This document shows, in pieces, positions 56,247 through 64,000 of a DNA stretch of 64,000 nt. A program made the position numbers and the translations under genes. Source of the stretch: Pelagomonas calceolata (lineage: Eukaryota); NCBI GenBank assembly GCA_918797485.1, contig CAKKNE010000004.1, positions 4,960,001 to 5,024,000 of the forward strand, in the 5' to 3' direction. The notes under the pieces were generated by a model that was not told the origin of the DNA, did no database searches, and was given only the letters and a program-made list of their open reading frames with translations. Numbering within the stretch: position 1 is the first letter of the stretch; each line of letters opens with the position of its first letter.

Positions 56247-58262
56247 TTAGTCGTCCCCCTCAGGCGCGGCGGAAAACAGGAGGGCGAGCGCGATCACGAG
56301 GTACAGCACGTAGAGCCCCACGCTGAAGAAGCCGAACTGCTTCGGGACGCGGCCCGCCAGCAGGAGCCCCGCGCCGACGACGCAGACGCAGTTCGCGATG
56401 ATCATGCCGAGGCCGACGCTGATGCCGTCGTTCGACGCGACGCGCATGCGCCGCTCCTGGAAGTTGTCCAGGCGGATGAGGAAACCCACGCCCAGCGTCA
56501 CCAGGAGGTTGAACACGGGCCCGGCGAAGCACGCCGTGAGGGCCTGCGCGTAAATCAACCCGTGAGTGCCGGCGTCGCCGTCGACGGGACGCGTCGCGAC
56601 GGTTTGACGCATGCACCGGTGGGGGCCATGTTCGCGAGGCCCTTGCGCGCCATGGCGACGTTCGTGAAGTAGTCGCCGACGGAGTTGCCCCAGGCCAGCA
56701 GGGTCAGGCCCAGGATCTCGGGCTTGATCCCCGACAGCGCGGCGAAGAACTCCAGCGCCGCCGCGAGCTCGCCGGCGAAGACGTCGATCCACGTCGCCGC
56801 GACGAAGAAGCCCATCAGGGCGAAGATCGTGGCCGCCGCGAAGGGCAGGTCGTCGCTGCCGCGCGTGCTGTGCCACGCCGCCGCCGCGCACGCGGCGCCG
56901 ACGACCGCCGCGACGTAGAAGAGGGGGACGACGCCGCCGACGAAGACGTTCCGGGCGCCGCGCGCGTGGGCGTAGCAGCAGAGCCACACGGGCGCGCCGA
57001 GCAGGGACAGCGCGAAGGGCGCCCGCGCGTAGCGGTCCCCGGCCGTCAGCGGCACGGTGGCCGCCCGCGCGGCGGTGAACGGCAGCTCGAGGACGTTCAG
57101 GACCTTCTGCGGGAGCGGGTCCTCCAGCGCCGCGAGCACGTTCGCCCGGGCCCGCGCCACGACGTCGAGGGCGAAGAGGCCCTCCAGGGCCTCCTCCGAG
57201 GCGGGCGCCGCGGGCGCCTCCAGCAGCGCCGACCGCAGCGGCGCGACGTCGTCGCCCTCGATGACGACCGAGCGCGCGGGCGTCGCGTCGGGCCCGTCGT
57301 CGTCGTCCGCCTGCGGGGACGACCGGTCGCGCGCGCGCCCCGCCGCCGCGTCGGCCCGGCGGGACGCGGGCCCGCGCCCAGAAGGGGTTGCGCGCGCCCG
57401 TCGGCGTCGAGGTCTTTTCCTCGTCCGCCGACGAGCCGACCTGGGGCCGCCGCCGCCGCTGGCGGACGTCGTGGATCAGCGTGAGCATCATCTCCACGGC
57501 GTCGTCGGGCTCGGTCGCGCCGCTCCGCCGGGCGAGGTCGTAGGGGCCGCCCGGCCGGCGGTGGTAGAGGTCCGCCGCGAGCACGACCAGCACGAAGAGG
57601 ACGTAGAGCGCGAGCAGCGTCGCCGCGCCCGCGCGGGTGACGCGGCCGCCCGCCAGCACGCCCCAGACGACCGCCGACGCGGCGCCGTAGGCCGTCACGT
57701 CCCGGAGCAGCGCGCCCTTCGCCTTGGCGCCGTCGGCGATGACCATCACCATGCCGGCGACGCACGTCGTGACGAACATGCCGGCCCCCGTGAGCGCGCC
57801 CAGGGCGGTGTCCAGGCCGGCCCGCTCGCCGACGGCGTCGCTCGCCACGAGGTGCACGTTCGACGACACGTCCGGCGCGCCGTTGCCCAGCGCCAGGAGC
57901 GTGACGCCGGCGAAGCGCGGCGGCAGGCCCGCGTCCTCGGACAGCTGCTCGAGCGCCGGGCTGAAGTAGTCGTCCGCCGTGCTCCCGAGCAGCACGAACA
58001 GCATCGCGAGCCACGCGAGGCACAGCGCCGCGAAGCAGAACCGCGAGGCCGGCGAGGTCGCGCAAAAGTACGTCTTGGCGTAGTGGTTGCCGCAGGCGTC
58101 GCTCTTCGCTATCTGGCACTGCTCGTACTTGTCGATGGCGCGGCCGCCCCGTTCCCCCGGGCCGACCAGCCGCGCGTCGCGGCAGGGGCCCGAGAGCGCG
58201 CCTTCGTCGGCCGCGGCCGCTGCGGCCAGGACGACGACGAGGGCCAAAATCTTTTTTAGCAT
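56247..58262 (-). CDS. Cation/Ca2+ exchanger (CCX/NCLX family); introns 57377-57311 and 56626-56544
   Basis: alpha1 GVTLLALGNGAPD; alpha2 GLTLLAWGNSVGD; ALTACFAGPVFNLL. Confidence 0.9.
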   Translation of the reverse strand: MLKKILALVVVLAAAAAADEGALSGPCRDARLVGPGERGGRAIDKYEQCQIAKSDACGNHYAKTYFCATSPASRFCFAALCLAWLAMLFVLLGSTADDYFSPALEQLSEDAGLPPRFAGVTLLALGNGAPDVSSNVHLVASDAVGERAGLDTALGALTGAGMFVTTCVAGMVMVIADGAKAKGALLRDVTAYGAASAVVWGVLAGGRVTRAGAATLLALYVLFVLVVLAADLYHRRPGGPYDLARRSGATEPDDAVEMMLTLIHDVRQRRRRPQVGSSADEEKTSTPTGARNPFWARARVPPGRRGGGARARPVVPAGGRRRRARRDARALGRHRGRRRRAAAVGAAGGARGARLGGGPGGPLRPRRRGAGPGERARGAGGPAPAEGPERPRAAVHRRAGGHRAADGRGPLRAGALRAVPARRARVALLLRPRARRPERLRRRRRPPLLRRGGRRRRVRGGGVAQHARQRRPALRGGHDLRPDGLLRRGDVDRRLRRRARGGAGVLRRAVGDQARDPGPDPAGLGQLRRRLLHERRHGAQGPREHGPHRCMRQTVATRPVDGDAGTHGLIYAQALTACFAGPVFNLLVTLGVGFLIRLDNFQERRMRVASNDGISVGLGMIIANCVCVVGAGLLLAGRVPKQFGFFSVGLYVLYLVIALALLFSAAPEGDD
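56544..56618. mobile_element. Diverged introner element (minus-strand intron 56626-56544, GC-AG)
   Basis: TIRs ctgcgcgtaaatcaa / ttgacgcatgcaccg; TSD gtgagggc/gtgggggc. Confidence 0.75.
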
Positions 58263-58338
58263 CCTTCTTTTGGTCTCTGGCGTGTGGATCTCTGGCGCGG
58301 GCCCGGCGGTACCCCTAAAAACTCCAAGCGCCGCCACA

Positions 58339-58360
58339 GCTAGCAATTGTAAGACACTAG
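58339..58360 (+). promoter_or_regulatory. Recurrent intergenic motif
   Basis: gctagcaattgtaagacactag between the divergent CCX and lipoyl-domain genes. Confidence 0.55.
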
Positions 58361-58476
58361 GAAAGCACACAGGCTGCTCCCTTGCTGAGGCCCAGCAGAA
58401 CTTCTGGGCTTGGAATCTCGTAAAAAACAAAAAACCGTGGTCCACCTCCCGCCAGTCTCCTGCACTATATAGAACG

Positions 58477-59085
58477 ATGCTCGGGACTCGAGTGCTGCGT
58501 CACGCCGCGCGCCGCCTCACCGCGGCGCGCTGGTTTTCGCTGCCGTCGCACGACGTCGTAGGGCTCCCGGCGCTCTCGCCGACGATGGAGCAAGGGACCA
58601 TTGCAAAATGGAACGTGGAGGAGGGCGCCCCGTTCGGCGCGGGCGACGTCATCTGCGAGATCGAGACGGACAAGGCGACCGTAGATTTCGAAGCGCAGGA
58701 CGACGGCGTCCTCGCCAAGTACCTGCAGCCCGCGGGCGCGGAGGTCGCGGTCGGCGCGCCGATCATGGTCGTCGTCGAAGAGGCGGCGGATGCTGGAGCT
58801 TTCAGCGACTTCGAGGCGCCGGCCGCGGCGGCCGCGCCCCCGCCGGCGCCCGCCGCCCCGGCCGAAGAGAAGGCGCCCGCCGCGCCGGCGCCCGCCGCCC
58901 CCGCCCCGCCGCCGGCCGCGGCTCCCGCCGTCGCGACGGGCGCCGCGCCGCCGCCCGTCGCGGGGGCGTCGCACATCTTCGTCCGGGCCGACGCCGACCT
59001 CCCGCTAGTCCGCGGCCCGCTCGCCGCCACGCTCGAGGCGCAGAAGGAGTCGTACCACGAGCAGTACGGGGCGACCGGCTTCTAG
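58477..59085 (+). CDS. Mitochondrial stand-alone lipoyl-domain protein (PDH E2/E3BP-type domain only)
   Basis: Presequence; LPALSPTMEQGTI, ICEIETDKATVDFE; Pro/Ala linker; short tail, then stop. Confidence 0.85.
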   Translation: MLGTRVLRHAARRLTAARWFSLPSHDVVGLPALSPTMEQGTIAKWNVEEGAPFGAGDVICEIETDKATVDFEAQDDGVLAKYLQPAGAEVAVGAPIMVVVEEAADAGAFSDFEAPAAAAAPPPAPAAPAEEKAPAAPAPAAPAPPPAAAPAVATGAAPPPVAGASHIFVRADADLPLVRGPLAATLEAQKESYHEQYGATGF

Positions 59086-59175
59086 AAGAGGGCGTGGTGT
59101 GCTAAGTGTCGATACTAGTATCTATCGTTAGCGCCCACGCGTGAGCCGCGCGATACTGTACACACCCGTTTTAAT

Positions 59176-60838
59176 TCACTCGTCGCGACTACTCGGCGCG
59201 GCGACCGCGGTCCCCGCCCGAAACAGCGCCTCGACCTCGTCCAGCCGCAGGCCCTTCGTCTCCGGCACCGCGGCCGCCACGAACGCTGCGCCGACCGCGC
59301 ACACGAGCGCGAAGCCGAAGAACGCGCCGGCCGCGCCGATGCGGGCCACGAGTCCCGCGAAGGTCTCCGTCACCAGGAACGAACAGGACCAGTTCAGGAC
59401 CGTCGCCAGCGCGGCCGCGGCGCCGCGCGCGCGCGTCGGCAGGAGCTCGGGCATCAGGAGCCACGGCACGGGCCCGAGGCCCAGCGAGAACGCCGCGATG
59501 TAGAGGAAGAGCGCGACCAGCGCGACGAACGGCGGGGGCTCGAGGAGGAAGTGGAGCGCCAGGAGCGCCGCGGCCGCGGCCATGCCGCAGAGCGACCCCG
59601 CGAGCAGGGGCCGCCGGCCGAGGCGGTCCATCAGCACGAGGGCCAGGCCCGTCGCCAGGACCTGGACCGTCATCACGAGGACGCCGCCCAGGTCCCCGTT
59701 CGCCATGCCCGCCGACGCCAGGAGGGGCCCGCTGTAGAAGATGACCGCGTTGATGCCGCTGAACTGCTGGAAGAGCATGACGCACAGCACGATCGCCAGC
59801 GGCCGGCGGACGCCGGCGTCGCCGCCGCCGCACAGCGCCGCGAGGACGACGCGCACGCCGAGCCCGTCGTCGGCGCCGCCCGTCGAGCGCACGAGCGCGT
59901 CGAGGTCCCGCGCGGCGCGCGCGTCGTCGCCGCCGCGCAGCGTCGTGAGCGCGCGCGCGGCGGCCGCGCGGCGCCGCTTGGCCACGAGCCACGCTGGGCT
60001 TTCAGGAAGAAAGGCCGCCGCGCCCACGACGCCGCCGCCGAGGACGGCCCCGACGAGCGCGAGGGAGCGCCACGCGCCGCGCGCCGCGCCGCGCCGCGCG
60101 GGGCCGCACGCGTACTCCAGCGATTCGTGCGGCGCGAGCGCCCCGGCGACGTAGGCCAGGAGGATCCCGACGGTCACCGCGAGCTGCGTGACGGACCCGA
60201 GCGCGCCGCGGAGCGCCGCCGGCGCCGTCTCGGCGACGTAGACGGGCACCGCGACGGACGACGCGCCGACGCCGGCGCCCAGCAGCACGCGCGCGCCGAC
60301 GAGGGTCCGCGGGCCGTGGGCCCTGGCCGTCGCCGTCCACGCCTGCGTGGAACTCAAACCTCGGGCGCCCCACGCATCCTCGTAAGAGCCTCCTGCTCGA
60401 CGGCGTGGAGAAAAACCGAACTCACGGCTTGCTTTCCGCACGGGTCCACGCGACGACGTAGAGGGGCCCGGCCACGTACAGCAGCGCGCCCTTGCGGCCC
60501 ACGTTGTCCACGAGGCGCCCGCCCGCGAGCGCGCCGACCGCCGCCCCGATGTTGATGACCGCGCTCCACAGCGACGCCGCGGCGGCCGAGGCGCCGTTCG
60601 CGTCGCAGCGGACGTGCTTGAACTGGCGCCCGAGCATGCCCGGCAGCGCCGGCGAGGAGAACCCGAGCGAGTAGCCGAACACGAGCGCGCCGACCGCCGC
60701 CCCGGCGGCGCACAGGATGGCGACGGTGTTGTCCTCTCTTTCTCTCTCTGGCGGCGCCACGTCCTCCAGCAGCGACGCCTCCAGCGACGCGGCGTCGTCG
60801 TCGTCCAGCGCGCACGAAGGGCCCGCGGGGAGCTTCAT
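59176..60838 (-). CDS. MFS sugar porter (GLUT8/ERD6-like); intron 60451-60343
   Basis: FGYSLGFSSP, VDNVGRK, VYVAETAP.LRG.LG, PESP, QQFSGINAVIFY, GPVPWL, VPETKG. Confidence 0.92.
60343..60443. mobile_element. Introner element (GC-AG)
   Basis: TIRs ctgcgtggaactcaa / ttgctttccgcacgg; perfect TSD gtccacgc. Confidence 0.88.
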
Positions 60839-61113
60839 TGGTAGTTGTCGAAATACTCAGCCAGTCACACTGAGGTGCAGGCCTAAAATTGAATTTGAGT
60901 TTTCACTTCCAGTTCCTGTGGCAGTTGCCAGTGGCAGTCCCCAGTGGGAATTGCCAGTGCCTGCTTTGGCAATGAGTAGTGTGATAGACATACTAGCGCC
61001 GGGGGGCCTGCAATACTCTTTCGAGACGTAGTGCAACATACCTCCCACGCTTGGCAGCACCGCTCTCGCTCGCACAGCCCACCACGTGCGCGCGCGCGCG
61101 GAACGCAGCTTCT

Positions 61114-64000
61114 ATGGAGTCCAAAACGCTCCGCAGCCACCGCGTGATCGGTGAGGTCGCCGACGGCACGCCGCAGACCTGCGCCTTCTACGATTTGGGG
61201 GGCGTCGGCTACTGCGCCGCCCGGGTCGGCGGCGACGCGTTTCAAGTCATGGCGCTCGACGGCCTGACCGTCCAGAGCGCGTCGCCGCGGCTGGGCAGGA
61301 ACATAAGGGCCATCGGCGCCCAGGGCGAGTGGACGTACTGCGCGATCGACGACGAGGTCTGGTGTTTCCTCCGGGCGCGGTTCGTAGGCCTCGCCGCCGG
61401 GGCGCCGGCGGCCGTCGACCGCTTCGAGCTGTGCGCAAATCAACCGGTGCGTCGGGCGCACCCGGCAATTCTTCCCTAAGTCATTTCTCGGCGACGACGC
61501 GGCCGTCCTGGCTTGGTCGATCGGCGAGGAACCGGCATCGCCACGCCGTCGAGCAGGCGTCGCGTCGATGGCGTGGAGGACGACGCGACGATGCAGCGCG
61601 AACGCGCCGTAAAATCTTGATTTCCACACAGGCTTCGAGACGGTCGGCGGCCTCCTGCTCGGCGCCGGCGCGGGCTTCGTCCAGGGCTGGGCCCGGGGCG
61701 ACGAGGGCGCCGCGGCGCGGCGCCGCGTGCCGGACAAGGTCCTGTGCTTCGACGTCGACCTGGCGGGCGTCGTCCTGTGCCACCCGCCGACGTACGTGAA
61801 CAAGGTCCTGCTCGGGGCGCGCGACGGGCGGCTGGAGCTCTGGAACGTGCGCTCGGGGAAGCGCGTGCACGCCTACGCGTCGATCGCGCGCGGCCCCGGC
61901 ATCGCGCACGTCGCGGCGTCGGGCGCGCTGGACGTCGTGGCCGTCGCGCGCGGCACGGGCCGGATCCAGCTCCTCGACGCGCGGAGGGACGCGGTCCTGT
62001 TCGAGCTCGACCACGGCGCCGCCGCCGCGGCGTGCTGCTTCTGCCGCGGCGGCGAGCCGCGGGGCGCGGGCGACGCGCGGCCGCCCGTCCTCGTCGCGGC
62101 CGGCGGCGACCAGCTCCGGGTCTGGGACCTGGAGACGCGCGCGCTCCTCCACGTCGAGAAGCGCGTCGGCGGCGTCGCGGCGCTCCACGCCGGCGGCCTC
62201 GCCGGGGGGCCGACGGGCGCCGACGCCGTCGTCGTCACGTCCGTCGGGGCGGACGCGAAGCAGTGGGCGCTGGACGCGTCGGACGGCGCGCCGCGGCTCT
62301 GCCGGCGGCGCGACGGGCTCGGCGGCGCGCCCGCGGTGGTGCGCTGGTACGGCCCGCCCGAGAGCGGCGGCGCGGTCGCGGGCGCGTCCGGCGACGCGTA
62401 CGGGTCGCTGCAGCTGCTCGTCGCCGCGCCCCGGGACCGGAGCCTGCGGTGCCTGCACGCCGTGCGCGACCGGCTGAACGGCGAGCTCTCCCAGCGGGGC
62501 GCCGCGGACGCGCGCGCGAAGCGGCTCCGGCTCGCGGACCCGAAGGCGCTCCGCCTGCCGCCCGTCACGTGCGTCGCGGCGGGCGACGCGAAGGACGGGA
62601 GCTTCCCCAACGTCGTCACGTGCCACCGCGGCGAGCGCGTCGCGCGCGTGTGGTCGCTGGCGGAGCGGCGCCTCGCGGACCACTGCCTCACGCAGCCGCA
62701 CTGGGGCGGGCGCGGGCGCGACGACCCGGGGCAGGTGGCCCGGCGGGACTCGGCGACGGCGTGCGACCTGAGCGCGTGCGGGAACTTCGCGCTGATCGGC
62801 CACGAGGACGGCTACGTGCGCAAGTACAACGTCCAGTCGGGCGAGGCGCGCGGCACGTACCCCGCGTCGCTCGAGGCCGCGCGGCGCGTCGCGGACCGCG
62901 CCGCGTCGGTCGCGGTGCCCGGCGCGGTGGCCCGGGCGGCGCGCGCCATCGCGCGGGTCACGCGCAAGGGCGAGGAGATCGCGCTCCGGGACGACGGCGC
63001 GGACCCGCGGACGGCCGGGGCCGCCGGCGCGCGCGCCTTCGCGCGGGGCAAGGGGCGGCAGCGGAAGCACCGGGGCGGCGTCGTGGGCGTCCACTGCGAC
63101 GCCGCGAACGCCTGGTGCGTGTCGTGCGGCGGCGACGCGGTCAAGTGGTGGTCCTTCGCGGACCACCGGGCGCGGGGGGCCCTGCGCGTCGACGCGGCGT
63201 GCGCGGTCACGGCCTTCGCGCGCGCGTCCGACCTCCTGGCCGTGGGCCTGGACGGCGGCGCCGTGCTGGTCCTGGACGCGCGGCCGCCCGACGCGGGCGG
63301 CGGCCGCGTCCTCCGGCGGCTCGGCACGCACGCCGGCCGGGCGGCGCGCGACCTGTCGTGGTCCGCGACCCGGCAGTCGCTCTACGCGGTCTGCGGGCGG
63401 GGCGCGCTCCACCGGTGGGACGTCGCGTCCGGCGCGTGCGTCGACCGCGTGGCGTTCGCCGAGGAGGCCGTCGCCGTCTCGGCGTCGCCGTCCGGCGAGT
63501 TCGTCGCGACGGCGCACGTGAGCGGCGCGCACGTCGCGCTCTGGACGGACAAGGCGGCCTACGGCCGCGTCGACGCCGCGCCGCTGGGCGAGGACGCGGC
63601 GCCCGCGCCCCTGCGGCCGCTCGCGCCGCGGGACCTGCTGGACGCGCGCGTGGACGTCGCGGCGGCGGCGGCCGACGACGCGGCGGCGATCACCCTGGAC
63701 GACGCGGCCCCCGCCGGCGCGGCGGCGGCGCCGCTCGCCGACGGCGTGCTCGCGGACGCGGCGCGGCGCGGCAGCATCCGGATGTCCGCGGACCCGGCGT
63801 CCTCGCGGGCGCGCATGGAGACGCTCTACGCCCTGGAAGCCGTCGCGGAGCGCAACCGGCCCGTCGCGCCGCCCAAGAAGCCCGAGGCCGCGCCCTTCTT
63901 CCTGCCGTCGGAGATGGACGCCCAGCGACGGGACGCCGCGCCGCCGCCGGCGCTGCCGCCGCCGCCGCCGGAGGACGACGCCTTCGCCGGCGACGACGGG
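61114..64000 (+). CDS. WDR36: WD40-repeat U3 snoRNP protein WDR36/UTP21, running off the window end; intron 61421-61631
   Basis: HPPTYVNKVLLG, LELWNVRSGK, LDVVAV, SACGNFALIG, YNVQSG, ERNRPVAPPKKPEAAPFFLPS. Confidence 0.88.
61429..61631. mobile_element. Full-length (203 bp) introner element, GC-AG
   Basis: TIRs ctgtgcgcaaatcaa / ttgatttccacacag; perfect TSD gcttcgag. Confidence 0.95.

Noticed and set aside
60895..60975. Imperfect CCAGT/GGCAGT repeats between divergent genes
   Set aside because: Low-complexity and too degenerate to assign a function
33638..61803. Recurrent peptides such as [20 protein letters not shown] and WLISTQ suggesting a repeated protein domain
   Set aside because: They are translations of the introner DNA, not protein domains

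Overview
Eukaryotic, very GC-rich, gene-dense nuclear DNA. Gene content, GC-AG introns and a family of intron-forming DNA transposons (TIR CTGTGTGGAAATCAA...TTGATTTCCACACAG with 8-bp TSDs) point to a pelagophyte alga, most likely Aureococcus anophagefferens (inference). About 30 protein-coding genes can be reconstructed, including RAD54-like, VTC4, amidase, ubiquitin-NiSOD, RABGGTB, RPL23, CEP41-like, SLAC1/TDT, CCX, an MFS sugar porter and WDR36/UTP21. Sixteen introner insertions were mapped with their TSDs. The first ~5 kb is non-genic and repeat-rich. Main observations: (1) an RPC17-like Pol III subunit ORF and a mitochondrial HTD2/MaoC dehydratase ORF joined by a TGATG stop/start overlap, with leaky-scanning hallmarks (candidate bicistronic gene); (2) a recurrent bipartite intergenic motif GCTAGC-n4-5-GTAAGACACTAG near many gene starts; (3) unusual fusions: FSH1-RWD-Obg GTPase, TPR-Aha1N-Cdc37-like, PAM2-Nudix, UIM-USP and signal peptide-ANTH; (4) 5'-truncated retroelement-like repeats always lying convergent to gene 3' ends. 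All domain calls come from motifs recognised by eye; no database search was run.
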